A stretch of 64,000 nt of DNA, taken from IMG/VR virus record IMGVR_UViG_3300046171_000138, one strand, 5' to 3'. Below are positions 46,393 through 57,572 of this stretch, in pieces. Positions within the stretch are counted from its first letter, which is position 1. Each line of letters opens with the position of its first letter. Under the pieces are notes generated by a model. It was given only the letters and a program-made list of their open reading frames with translations. It had not been told where the DNA came from and ran no database searches. The position numbers were made by a program, and so were the translations under genes. Source of the stretch: a virus.

Positions 46393-47289
46393 ATGTCTAA
46401 TTTCGCAGAACTAAAGCGCAAGTCCCAGAGCAACTTTGATTTCCTGCAGAAGGAACTTCAGAAGTCCACCAATGCAAACAGCAGTGGCGACGATCGTCTC
46501 TGGAAGCCCGCACTTGACGCTACTGGTAATGGTTACGCAGTCGTCCGTTTCCTACCAGCACCAGAGGGAGAGTCTCTTCCTTGGGCAAAGCTCTACAACC
46601 ATGCCTTCCAAGGTCCTGGTGGTTGGTTGATTGACAACTGCCCCACCACTAAAGGTGAGCAGTGCCCTGTCTGTGCCGCCAACAACAAACTCTGGAACAG
46701 TGGAGTAGAAAGCGATAAAGAGATCGCACGTAATCGCAAACGTAAACTCTCTTACTACAGCAACATCTATGTCGTCAAGGATTCTGCTAATCCTGACAAC
46801 GAAGGCAAGGTATTCCTGTACAAGTATGGCAAGAAGATCCACGATAAGGTTCTTGCTGCAATGCAACCCGAGTTCGATGATGAAACCCCTATCAATCCTT
46901 TTGACTTGTGGGAAGGTGCTAACTTCAAACTGAAGATCCGTACCATCGGTGGTTACTGGAACTATGATGCTTCCGAGTTCGCAGCACCTACAGCATTGAG
47001 TGCTGATGATGACGAGATGGAATCATTGTGGAAGCAAGCACACAGTCTGGAAGCATTCACTACTAACGATCAATTCAAATCATATGATGAGATTGAGACT
47101 CGTATGAACACAGTGCTTGGTGTCTCACGTCCTGTCCAACAGGCACAGTACGAAGAGGAAGCAGATCCTATCCCTACCACTGGTGGGTTTAACGATCCTG
47201 ACATCACTCAATCAGCACCCAGCGTCCCTGCTACTGATACTGCAGATGATGATGCACTATCATACTTCCAACGTCTGGCAGAGGAGTGA
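46393..47289 (+). CDS. g32: single-stranded DNA binding protein
   Basis: DDRLWKP, GYAVVRFLP, CPTT..CPVC, YKYGKKI, WNYDASEF, acidic tail. Confidence 0.96.
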   Translation: MSNFAELKRKSQSNFDFLQKELQKSTNANSSGDDRLWKPALDATGNGYAVVRFLPAPEGESLPWAKLYNHAFQGPGGWLIDNCPTTKGEQCPVCAANNKLWNSGVESDKEIARNRKRKLSYYSNIYVVKDSANPDNEGKVFLYKYGKKIHDKVLAAMQPEFDDETPINPFDLWEGANFKLKIRTIGGYWNYDASEFAAPTALSADDDEMESLWKQAHSLEAFTTNDQFKSYDEIETRMNTVLGVSRPVQQAQYEEEADPIPTTGGFNDPDITQSAPSVPATDTADDDALSYFQRLAEE

Positions 47290-47405
47290 TGGGAGAAGCA
47301 GTACACGCTTGGAACTCCATGTCCTACGGGGAGGGGTTCCTCTTCTCCGTATGGGTCATCGGAATGTATTACATTAAACTTCGTATGGACAAGTTCATAC
47401 GATGA
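47289..47405 (+). CDS. small TM protein, 38 aa
   Basis: TGATG overlap; MGEAVHAWNSMSYGEGFLFSVWVIGMYYIKLRMDKFIR. Confidence 0.55.
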   Translation: MGEAVHAWNSMSYGEGFLFSVWVIGMYYIKLRMDKFIR

Positions 47406-47413
47406 ATAAATTT

Positions 47414-47438
47414 CGGGGGGTCACACCCCCGTTTTTTT
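47414..47438. terminator. terminator between convergent units
   Basis: CGGGGGG-TCAC-ACCCCCG followed by T run. Confidence 0.7.
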
Positions 47439-48110
47439 AAGCCTTGAATTAATAAAGTCTGTGGACTTTGCACTGTAGAGATTCTTCTTCTTAAACTCTT
47501 TGATGAATCCAGATACAAATCCACCATTCAATAAGTAGATTTCTCTTTTCTTTTCGTTTACTGCTAACTCATGGTCAATAGCAGTGACCCCTTTGGATAC
47601 ACTAGAACCAAGAACAGTGACGTTATTTGTGCCATCATAATAAGTGAATGGACTATCATAGAACTTCTTCGATACTTTTAGTCCACCTTCCAATGCTATT
47701 ACAGGAAGTTTTTTACTGGATAGATCACCAACCAGGTTGGAACCAGTCTTCACCTCTTCTGTTTCATAGTATAAAATCTCCGAGTAAGGATCATTATACT
47801 TCTGCTCGGCAAACTTTCTCACTGCATTGTCTGACATAGGCCAGTCAGTTAATGGGTTGATAATATTATTTGTGATGACAATGATCCAATCGTAAGATGA
47901 TCTGCCGTAGAATTTTTTGGCAACGTTATCGATACGTTCCCCATCTAGGACTGCATACTTGGTGTAGTACAATGCATAGTTATATACGTCAGGATTGAGT
48001 TCAAATCTCCTGAAGAAATTCTTTGCTGTAACAAAATCCGATTGAGTGAAAGGATATTGTACTGGTTTGACATCATACTTGACATCAGGAATGTAATTAA
48101 ACATTGGCAT
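47421..48110 (-). CDS. g53: baseplate wedge subunit
   Basis: AKNFFRR, GERIDNVA..YG..YDWII..NNIINP..DWP. Confidence 0.85.
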   Translation of the reverse strand: MPMFNYIPDVKYDVKPVQYPFTQSDFVTAKNFFRRFELNPDVYNYALYYTKYAVLDGERIDNVAKKFYGRSSYDWIIVITNNIINPLTDWPMSDNAVRKFAEQKYNDPYSEILYYETEEVKTGSNLVGDLSSKKLPVIALEGGLKVSKKFYDSPFTYYDGTNNVTVLGSSVSKGVTAIDHELAVNEKKREIYLLNGGFVSGFIKEFKKKNLYSAKSTDFINSRLKKTGV

Positions 48111-49090
48111 CAGTAAGAAGCTCCCATGGTGATTTCTTGTGAGTAGATGAGCTTGGTTTCTTTGAATGTTACTGCTAACTCTGTAGCAACTGGCGCACCA
48201 TCAGTTAGAGATGCCCATGCACCATCAGGAGTGTAGTTAATATCTACTTGAGTAATAGCACATGGTTTGTATTGTGGTACATATTGATTCAAACTTGTAC
48301 CAGTCATGAATGATACCTGACAGAGTTTAGGTACGGTAATGAATCCACTTGTTTCTGCAAGACCACCAAAAGTTTGACCACCGTAACTAGCATGTAATGC
48401 TTTCTTGAATTGATAGCAAAGTGTTTTGATTGCTGTCGCTTCCAGAGCACTCCTTGCTTGCATCTTGAATCTTAATTGAAACCCTCTCATCTCTGGGGAT
48501 TCATACATCATTTCTACGTTTGGGTTGACGATGGTGCCACTGACACCACTCATCAATTGTGATAAACTTACACTACTTCCAAGACCTTTGTTTAAGTTAT
48601 CGACTGCCATTTTAAATCCAGCAACTTTTGGTCCAGTTAAAACACCCTGAACGGTTCGGTTAAATGAACCAAGATCTGGTATGCCACCACTACCAATCAT
48701 CCTTGCTAGATTTGTGAAAGTAACACCGAAGGATGCACCACCCCAGTTTGCACCGTACTGTCCCTGAATATCTTGGGGCATGTACATGAAGATGGGTTGG
48801 TATCCTTCTGCTTCCTTTAAATTTTCTTTCTGGATACCAGCGTTGTAATCATTATATGCACGTCCAACACCTTCACCACCTTTCTTATTTTTAACCTGGA
48901 ATGGTGGTTGATAATCGTAGAATTTAAATGCTACGTAGTCTGAATCCACTCCAATATCATATTTTTCTGGATAACGTATTGATGTTTTATTAAATGCAGT
49001 TCCTCTAGCTGATATAATATTTACTTTACCTTTTTTTGCACTATCTGTTACCGATTGGTGATCTTTTTGTTCTGCTTCACTATATGCCAT
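48110..49090 (-). CDS. g48: baseplate tail-tube cap
   Basis: RYP, MYMPQDI, NPNVEMMY, R.FQLRFKM, CAITQVDINYTPDG. Confidence 0.85.
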   Translation of the reverse strand: MAYSEAEQKDHQSVTDSAKKGKVNIISARGTAFNKTSIRYPEKYDIGVDSDYVAFKFYDYQPPFQVKNKKGGEGVGRAYNDYNAGIQKENLKEAEGYQPIFMYMPQDIQGQYGANWGGASFGVTFTNLARMIGSGGIPDLGSFNRTVQGVLTGPKVAGFKMAVDNLNKGLGSSVSLSQLMSGVSGTIVNPNVEMMYESPEMRGFQLRFKMQARSALEATAIKTLCYQFKKALHASYGGQTFGGLAETSGFITVPKLCQVSFMTGTSLNQYVPQYKPCAITQVDINYTPDGAWASLTDGAPVATELAVTFKETKLIYSQEITMGASY

Positions 49091-49761
49091 TACGTTACCA
49101 TCTCCTTATCTGATTGTTTACCATAACCTTTGATGATTCGTGTTGCTTTGATACGATCATTGTATTTTGTTTCAGTTTCTTCCCACACATATTCTTTATC
49201 GTATGGTAGTTTACCTGAACCTTTAGTCATGATGAAGTCTTCAACTGGTAAGAAGATGGAAGTTTCCCACTCATCAATAGCAAGATCTAGGAACTTACTT
49301 TCGCAGTGATTATAAAGATATTTATGCACCAATGTTCGAGGCATGTCAATCAATCCTCTCTCTAACTTCTGTATGATCTTGACTCTTCTCTTTGGTCTGA
49401 TGTAATGTAGGTTGGCACCATAGAATCCTTCTCCGTCTTGCTTGATAACATAGACGAGTGGAAACCTATCGTAGTATGGCAACCACTTTGATTTTGCCTT
49501 GTATTCAAAGAAGTATAGGTGACCCTCTCTTACTTTCATGCGTAGTAGATTCTCATCCTGCACCTGATCATTAGCATCTCTCTTCTCTTGACGCAACAGT
49601 TTAGTTGGTGTTGCTTCGTATGTTGATGCTAGTTGTTTTACTTTACCTTTGTACCAACCAAGAGACTTCTTGTCTCCTCCTGTAGCATCACTAACCTTCT
49701 CAAAGATGGTAGTGTACTTGTTACTAGTGTTTCCAAATCCTTTAGCGTTTCTTCTTGCCAT
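49090..49761 (-). CDS. g2: DNA end protector protein
   Basis: YFFEYKAK..LPYYDRFPLV, GANLHY, KYLYNH. Confidence 0.88.
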   Translation of the reverse strand: MARRNAKGFGNTSNKYTTIFEKVSDATGGDKKSLGWYKGKVKQLASTYEATPTKLLRQEKRDANDQVQDENLLRMKVREGHLYFFEYKAKSKWLPYYDRFPLVYVIKQDGEGFYGANLHYIRPKRRVKIIQKLERGLIDMPRTLVHKYLYNHCESKFLDLAIDEWETSIFLPVEDFIMTKGSGKLPYDKEYVWEETETKYNDRIKATRIIKGYGKQSDKEMVT

Positions 49762-50203
49762 TGTTCTTTATCCCTAGGTGATCTTCGTTGAGGATTACAA
49801 ATGACATTTGCCTGTCCTCACAGAAGTCCTCCGCCGCGTCCCATTTAGCGCGATTCTTTATGTAAGTTAGAACTTCTCTTTTCCAGGCAGCTGTTCTGCG
49901 TTTCGGTTTCTCATTAGGTTTTTGTGTTTGTTTCTTTGGTTTCACTTCAATGATGTACTTCTTTGCCTGCCCAGTGCGTGACTTGACTTTGATGTAGAAG
50001 TCTGGATAGTATCTATGAACTCTCCCATCAGTAGGGCAACGGTAAGGAATAATTATTTCCTCACTACCCCACTCAATGATACTGTTATTATGATCACAGA
50101 AGTCCATGAACTTACGCTCCCACAAACTACGATAAATAATATTAGTGGGATTGCCCTTATACTTCCGTGGGTAGGCTGGTTTATATTTTCCAGAGTAAGG
50201 CAT
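49742..50203 (-). CDS. g4: head completion nuclease
   Basis: KYKGNP..IIYRSLWE, WGSEE, RYYPDF, IEVKP; minus-strand CTAAATA at 50229-50235. Confidence 0.92.
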   Translation of the reverse strand: MPYSGKYKPAYPRKYKGNPTNIIYRSLWERKFMDFCDHNNSIIEWGSEEIIIPYRCPTDGRVHRYYPDFYIKVKSRTGQAKKYIIEVKPKKQTQKPNEKPKRRTAAWKREVLTYIKNRAKWDAAEDFCEDRQMSFVILNEDHLGIKNNGKKKR

Positions 50204-50235
50204 AATGTTTCCGCACACCTTCCGTAACTATTTAG

Positions 50236-51000
50236 ATGTCTAAATCTATTTCATCATTTGTTAATGCTATGAGTGCCAATGGTGGCATGTCATTAACGAC
50301 TGGTTATAACATTAGTTGGTCGTTGCCATCACTACTGACCACTGATCTAGGAATCCAATTCCCTGGATGGGAGCAACCTGACAGTATAATTAGTATGATG
50401 GTTGAGGAAGCACAGCTACCTAACGTTCAGTCTGCTACGGGACAAATACAAGGCAGATACCTTGGTGAAAATCAGATTCAATATCCCTATGCAAAATTGT
50501 ATAGTGATGTTTCTTTTACGTGGATGTGTGATGCTAACATGACACCATTCAAGTTCTTTCATTACTGGTATAACTATATCTATAGTGGTAATATAACTCA
50601 ACCAGAATTCGGGTTTGACGGAGAGACGGGTGAGCGACTTACTGGTAGAAGTTTCAATGATCTGAAGAGAAAAGCTGTTGAAACTAATAGTATAAATCGT
50701 CAAGTAAGATTGAAGTACCCAGATAGATATCTTGGTAAATGTATTGTTATTAAGACTGAACCTGGTGCTGCTACTGTAGATGATAGAGCATCGGTAGCAT
50801 TTGTTCTGGAAGATATCTATCCATACTCTATTGACACTGTACCAATGTCATATGGAACATCACAACTCACCAAGGTCAGTGTTAACTTCCACTATGCTAA
50901 ACATACTATCATAACTAATGACATCTCAAATTATGGTACTGGAGGAGACTTCAAGAAAATAATTGATGACTTGAAGAAAGCATTTGGCATAGGAAATTGA
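50236..51000 (+). CDS. tail tube initiator (gp54/gp19-like)
   Basis: EAQLP, YPYAK, IYPYSI..V.MSY, VSVNFHY; position between g4 and g26. Confidence 0.65.
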   Translation: MSKSISSFVNAMSANGGMSLTTGYNISWSLPSLLTTDLGIQFPGWEQPDSIISMMVEEAQLPNVQSATGQIQGRYLGENQIQYPYAKLYSDVSFTWMCDANMTPFKFFHYWYNYIYSGNITQPEFGFDGETGERLTGRSFNDLKRKAVETNSINRQVRLKYPDRYLGKCIVIKTEPGAATVDDRASVAFVLEDIYPYSIDTVPMSYGTSQLTKVSVNFHYAKHTIITNDISNYGTGGDFKKIIDDLKKAFGIGN

Positions 51001-51060
51001 CTTTTTGGTTACAGGAATTCCGAAAAAAAATCCCCACCAAAAATTGACTCAAAAAGTCGA
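50994..51060 (+). repeat. dispersed ~65-nt A-tract element, copy 2
   Basis: Terminal IR TTGACTTTTT/AAAAAGTCGA; followed by CTAAATA 51062. Confidence 0.75.
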
Positions 51061-51094
51061 GCTAAATAAATATACGAATTGAATTTACATATCA

Positions 51095-51808
51095 ATGGCA
51101 TTACCAAAACTTGGCGTACCGCAGTATGAACTGTCGCTGCCTTCTACTGGAAAAACGGTAAAGTATAGACCATTTCTGGTAAAAGAAGAAAAGGTTTTGC
51201 TATTGGCAATGGAATCGCAAGACGAAAAGCAAGTTATTGATGCTGTTAAAAATGTATTGAAGTCTTGTGTTATTTCTAGAATTAAGGTAGATCAACTACC
51301 ATCATTTGATCTAGAATATTTGTTCCTTAAGATTCGTGCCGCTGCTATCGGTGAAGTCATTGAAATGACGGTAACCTGTACGGATGATGGTGAGACCAAT
51401 GCCACTGCTTCTATCAATATTGATGAGGTAGAAGTTACCAAAGAAGAGGGGCATGATAGAAAGATTATGTTGACTGATACCACTGGTATCCTGATGAAGT
51501 ATCCTAGTATGGATAGATTTATTGAGTCTCAATTCTTGAACAAAGGTATTGATGCTGATCATATCTTTAGCTTCATTGCAGAACATATCGAACAGATCTT
51601 TGATGAAGAAGAGGTATACGATTCTTCTACTACTAGTAAGAAAGAGTTTCGTGAGTTTGTGGAGTCATTGACTACCAAACAATTTGAATCAATCCAAAAA
51701 TTTTATGAGACTATGCCTAGACTTTCTCATACGTTTACGGTAGTCAACCCAAACACAGGTAATGAGTGTGAGTATACTATTGAGGGATTGCAAAGTTTTT
51801 TCGCATAG
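51095..51808 (+). CDS. g26: baseplate hub assembly chaperone
   Basis: MALPK, YRPFLVKEEK, FDLEYLFLKIRA, GLQSFF. Confidence 0.9.
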   Translation: MALPKLGVPQYELSLPSTGKTVKYRPFLVKEEKVLLLAMESQDEKQVIDAVKNVLKSCVISRIKVDQLPSFDLEYLFLKIRAAAIGEVIEMTVTCTDDGETNATASINIDEVEVTKEEGHDRKIMLTDTTGILMKYPSMDRFIESQFLNKGIDADHIFSFIAEHIEQIFDEEEVYDSSTTSKKEFREFVESLTTKQFESIQKFYETMPRLSHTFTVVNPNTGNECEYTIEGLQSFFA

Positions 51809-51825
51809 CACTCTTCCAAAACAAT

Positions 51826-51990
51826 TTGGAAGGGTACTATAAAACTAACTTTGCCTTAATGCAGTACCATAAATACAGCTTGACAGAGATTGAAAACATG
51901 ATGCCTTGGGAACGTGAAGTATACACGTCCCTCTTGATTCAGCACATCGAACAAGAGAAAAAGAAACAGGAAGCATCTAGATCCGCCTAA
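51826..51990 (+). CDS. g51: baseplate hub assembly catalyst (possibly a frameshift extension of gp26)
   Basis: YYKTNFALMQYHKYSLTEIENMMPWEREVY; frame open back to 51796. Confidence 0.8.
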   Translation: MEGYYKTNFALMQYHKYSLTEIENMMPWEREVYTSLLIQHIEQEKKKQEASRSA

Positions 51991-54981
51991 TGATTTTCAA
52001 CACCCCAGCACCAGAAGATATCGTAAGATGGTATAGGAAAGGTGTGCCTGGTGGTGGACAGAAGGATCGCATCTTTAATAGATTAAAAGCAAAGTTAACT
52101 GGCGGCACGGATGATAGTGGCACCAGTTACTTTTCTATGTTGGAGAAGAAAATCTCCACGCAAGATGCTGATATAATTATCAAGAACATGAAGACGGATA
52201 TCGATGGATATCCTATGTTTGAGACTGGTAGTACCAGTGGTCGGGATGAGAGAAGATATCAAGAATGGATTGTAGAAAGGTATCTAAAAACATCTTTTAC
52301 AGAAGGATTTACTGACACAACTGTTGCTGAAGAAAAGAAAGAAGAGGTAGCAGAAGAAGAAGCAGAAGAGATTGTAGAGAAAGCAGAAGAAGAAGTAAAA
52401 GAAAACATTGATGAAGCAGTTAAGGCAGTAGATGAAGTAGTAGTAGACAAACCTGTTGTTGAAGAAACTGCACCAGATCTATCAGATATTATAGACTTAT
52501 TGCCACCAGGTATGCTTGACGCTGTTAATCAGCAGACTGGTCAGAATTACGAGAAGACACCAAAAGAAAAGAAGCAGAAAGTAGAAGCAATATCTAATGT
52601 AAAGATACTTAAGACTCTGACTTCATCTTTAGAGAAGATTCAGGGGCAGTTGTCTTCAATTGATAATGAATTGAAGAAACAGAATGAATTGTTTGGTGCT
52701 GCTGTTGGTACTACAGTTAGTAATCTCAATCAGATTGAAACGACATATGATTCATTGAACGATAGGTTTGATGATATCTTAAATGCGATGCAATCGCAAA
52801 ATGAGACTGAAGAAGAGGCGATAGATGATGCGGAGACTGCTGCAGCTGAAGCTAACCTGGAAAACAAGGAAGATGTAGCAGATACTTTTGGATATGAAGA
52901 TACTACTGATGAAATAGAGAAGGAGAATAAAAAAGGTGGTGGTGGACCTAATTTTCTTAAATTTCTACGTTTTTTAAGATTTCTTCGTACTGGTGGCATT
53001 GGTAAGATGCTCCGAAGAATGAGGAACCCTCTTAAGACTGCAAGAGCACTGGCAAGAAAGGGTAGGATGGGTCTTGGTAATAAATTGCGTAAGATTCCTG
53101 GTGGTAGAACAATCTCTGCTGGAATTGAGAGAGGAACACAGTTTTTACGTGGTGGTGCTGGAAAGAAAACTACACAAGCAGTGGCGGGAGCAGTTGGTAA
53201 AAAAGCAGCAACTAGAGCAGCTGCTAAAGGAGCTTCTAGATTTATACCAGGCGTTGGTACTGCACTTGGTGTTGGATTTGCTATAGAAAGATTTGCCAAA
53301 GGAGATATTGTGGGTGGTCTTCTTGCTAGTGGTGGTGCTATCCCTGGTCCTGTTGGGTGGGCTTTCCTTGCTGCTGAATTAGGATTGATTCCTCTTGCAG
53401 AAGCAAGGATGTCTCATCTTGAAAAAGATAAAGAGAAAAAATATGCAACAATGAAACTTGAAACTGGGGGAGATCTAACTCCAGAAGAACAAGAGGCAGT
53501 CATGTATGGAGAACAAAGATCTACTCCAGAGGAACTTGAAGCAAAAGCAGAATACACAAGACAAATTGCTGCTCGTGAAATCGAACCCCTCACCCCACAA
53601 ATTAAACAGTACACCCCTAGTTTTATAGAAAAGATCACTCCAGGCGGTACATTCTTTGGTAAGTTTGAGCAGGGCGGTAGTGGAACTGGTGTTCCAGAAT
53701 TACATGGTACAGAGGCTTTAATTGAACCTGGATTCTACAAAGATCTAATGCGTCCTATTGGTGGTACAATCTTGGCTGCTAGTAGTAAAGTATTGTCTGA
53801 TGTTGGACCACTAGCAGCGACAGTAGCACCTAGCTTCCAGCAAGAGGCATCAAAAATAGCAACCGCATTTGATGTTCCTAAATCACTTGCATCAACAAAT
53901 GTTGGTGGATCAATTGACGGTGTTGCTAATAGTCTTAATAAGATTTCTAGAAAAACGGAAGAAGAAAATCCTTTATTTAGAGAAGAAACGGTGCAGTTAA
54001 ATGAAAAGGAAAAGAAGGATTTAGAAGAAGCAGATGAAGGTAGTGGTAATTTCTTTTCAAATCTAGCTAGATTTTTTGGTATCAGACCAATGGGTCCTGA
54101 TGGAAAACCAGTTCCACCTTCTCCAGCAGTAGATTCTAAATTAGAATCAACAGGTTCAATTAATGATAGACCATGGAACACTGGTATTAAACTAACTAAT
54201 TTGACTACAAAAGATGGTCATACATACAAGGTAGCTAGTGTTGTTGCTAATCAATTTAAAGGATTCGTTGCTGAATTAGAAGAGACTGGATATAAAATTA
54301 GAACTATTGGTGGGTTCAGAAATGCAGGCACTGGTGGTGGCGCTGGTCCTGATGATCCTGATTATGATCAAAATAGATATTCTCATCCATATGGAGCATC
54401 AATTGATATAAACGCAAACGAAAATCCATATGATCCTACTGGCAATAATTTAGTTACTGATATGCCATCCAACATCGGTGAAATTGCTGCAAAGCATGGA
54501 CTAGGATGGGGTGGTGCATGGAGAAGTGTTAAAGATGCGATGCACTTCTCTGCTATGAAGAAAGAGGGCGGCAATAGAGATTTTGATTTATTTGATAAAG
54601 GTGGTCCTGCATATGCCGACAGGTGGTGTTGCTGGTATGTCAGGTCAAGAACAGATCACTGTTGGTGAAGAAGGACCAGAGATTGTTATGAAGAACTTGG
54701 TGTATGGTACACCACCAGTTCTTGATCACCTGCTGGCAATGAATGCGTCTAGTACACCATCTGAATTAATTCAAACTTATCGTACCTTTGTACCTGAAGT
54801 GTTGGAGTATGATGAAGAGGCAGAATCAATGGCACAGACTATCATTGTCATGACTCCACCGCAAGCACCACCAGAACCAACTGTAGATGTACCTCGTGAT
54901 AAATCTGTAACTAGACCTCAGATGGGTGTTGCGCCAGGAAAAGCAGCAATGCACATCGCTCTCTTTCAACTAAATATCTAG
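51990..54981 (+). CDS. tape-measure-like tail protein with M15 peptidase domain; one apparent +1 frameshift near 54614
   Basis: Coiled-coil/Gly-Ala-rich body; HPYGASIDIN...WGG.W..DAMHFS; motif GG...VGEEGPE continues in the 54583-54981 frame. Confidence 0.7.
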
Positions 54982-54995
54982 GGGGAATCTAATAA

Positions 54996-57572
54996 ATGGC
55001 AGCATTTACCGAAGGGTTTACAGATACAACAAAACCAGGTAAGGATCATATTGGTAGTATGATCTCGAAGGTTCTTGCTGCAAGAAAATTTGCTAGACAA
55101 GAGAGAGAAGCAGCAGAAGAAAAGGCAAAGAAAGCAGGATATGATAGCCTAGAAGAAGCAGGTGTAGAGAAAGGTTTCTTCTTTAAGGCAGCACTAAAGA
55201 ATAAGTTTGGTGGATCATATATCAGTGGTAAGAAGCAAGACATTGAAAAGGCAGTTGATCGTGTCAAACTGCTAAAGAATCCAAAGGCACAGTTCTGGAA
55301 CTTTGTAGACAATAGAGACGCTGACGGTAAAGACATAAAGAAACTGTCTGACGTTGAGAGATTCCGTAACCAATTTGATAACTATAATTTTCAGAGTGCA
55401 AAGAGACCACCTGAAGGTGTAAAAGCAGAGACACCTGCAATCCCTAAAAAGATATCTCCCTTTGAGCTTGAGCAGAAGAGACAGTCTCTTTCTCAAGAGA
55501 AGATGCTTGCTGAAACTGAAAAGAAAGTAGCGGCAGCAGCATCTGGTAACAAGCAGAGAGCAACTAGAGAAGACCTTCTCCAGGCAATCAATGCTATTGC
55601 CCAGTCATTAGACAAGACAGCACAGTCTATTAACAACAGCATCGGTGACTCTAAACAGGTTGCTTCTGATGTTCATGCAATGAAGACTGATATTGTTAAT
55701 CAGTTGAGTGAAAGAACAGATAGTATTGAGGACAAGTTAACCAAGATCGCTGAAGCAATCAATGCACAGACTGCATTGAAGAAAAAACAAACTGATGATG
55801 CAGAAGGAACGGTCAAAGAATCCAATCTAGAAAAACAAGCCAAAGTTGTCACCACTGATATCGCAGTGGACACCACTGATGATACAATCGATCTAAAGGA
55901 CGCAGGCATCTAATATAAAACTAGATTATGATCCAGATCAGATGATGAATCGCCATCGAATGATGTCAAAGAAGGTCCACAAGCAGAGCGAGGTGCTATC
56001 TTATCTGGACCTGATAGTGGGTATAAAGTACCTGGTTTGACACTACATGGTGATGAGGCAATCGTACCATTAGACAACAACTACACGCAAGGAGAACCAA
56101 GTGCGGTTGATGGTAAGGTAAGACCAACACCATCAGAACCTATGGTTCCTCCTATGAATGTTAATGTCAATAACAGTTATGAGATGGGTAAATCATTTTC
56201 TAATGTCAATAACAGTTATGAAGAGGGAACTCCTATGGGTAAATCATCTCCCATTGAGATACCTAACCTGATGGCAGATAGTAGTCTGGAACAACCATTA
56301 GTAGATGCTATGGCACTACCAACAAAGATTGCTGGTGGTATGGCGTTGGCTGCTAGTAGTGAGTTAGTCAAACGACTATCTGGAGACAGTCCCGAGGTTG
56401 CTAGTGAGATGGCAAAAGTTATCACTCCACTCGCCAGTGTATTTGACCTTACCTAAATCACTGGTAGGTAAAGCAAAGGCTGGTGAAGGTTTGAAGAAAG
56501 AACCTTCTATCTTGACTGGTGGTGGTGATGAAGAGAAAAAGAAAAGAAAAATGTATTCCAGAAAGTATTTGATGGTCTAAAAAACCTGTTCAATCCAGAT
56601 AACGATCCTGCACCACCAAAAGACACACATAATCCTTCTACTACAGGATCAGGAGAGGCTGGTGAGATGATTAGCACTGGTGCCAAGACAACTTACTATG
56701 ATCCATCACTTGGTGGTATTAACGCTAGCGGACATAAGACTGCTGAAGGATTGCCTGCTACATCTACTGGTGAAGGATATAAGGAAGATGTTTTTTCTGC
56801 GGCAGCATTTCCACCATTGCTAGCAACTCTTCCCAAAAATATGACAGTTCCTGCAGCGAGATTTCCTGGTGGTAGAACTCTCAAGAGACCTTTTAATGTA
56901 GTTGTAACTAATACCAAGACAGGAAAGTCTGCTGTTGTTAGGGTTAATGATGTTGGACCTGGAGTAGAAGGGCACTCAAGTAATCATATGCTTGACTTAA
57001 GTGTCGCAGCTAAAAATTATCTTGGTACTGGTGAGGGATATAGTATTGCCTATGCAAAACCAGGATCAAAACCAGGACCGTTAGTAGAACCAAAACCAGA
57101 ACCAAAAACAACAGGAGATACTTCAGATCTAGAAGCACAATCAAAATCTTCACAAGGAATTACAGAAACCTTTGGTGCAAGAACAGGGGAAAGAATATAT
57201 TTCGAGCATGATGGTAAACAATACAATGCATTCAAACTAGGTGGTGGCGGGTTTGACTTATATCGTGGTAGTATGAAGATAGATACCACTGGTGGTAAAA
57301 ATGCTGCTATACTTAAGTCATTCATAGAGTATGGTCAGGAGAGAGTTAAACCACCAGCAACTAAACCACCAGCAACTAAAGTAGATCCAACACAGGCGAT
57401 GCGAGGTTCTACAGCAGCAGAAAAAGCACAAGTAGCAATGATAAATATGGGCGGTGAGCAAACACAATCTGCTGCTACTGGTGCGGTTCCTACATCACAG
57501 GGAACTACAGTAGCTCCTTCTGTTTCTTCTCTATCCAAATCAGTATTTACAGTTGATGGTGTGACCACATGA
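54996..57572 (+). CDS. second tape-measure-like tail protein with RlpA/DPBB-like domain; interrupted by four apparent indels
   Basis: Segments 54996-55913, 55932-56456 and 56550-57572 share one frame, bridged by short +1-frame stretches; TYY...AAA...VTNTKTGKSAVVRVNDVGP...LDLS. Confidence 0.6.
56162..56247 (+). repeat. short tandem duplication in coding sequence
   Basis: TAATGTCAATAACAGTTATGA at 56162 and 56201; ATGGGTAAATCAT at 56184 and 56235. Confidence 0.85.
57351..57380 (+). repeat. 15-nt tandem repeat (PPATK x2)
   Basis: CCACCAGCAACTAAA twice. Confidence 0.85.
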
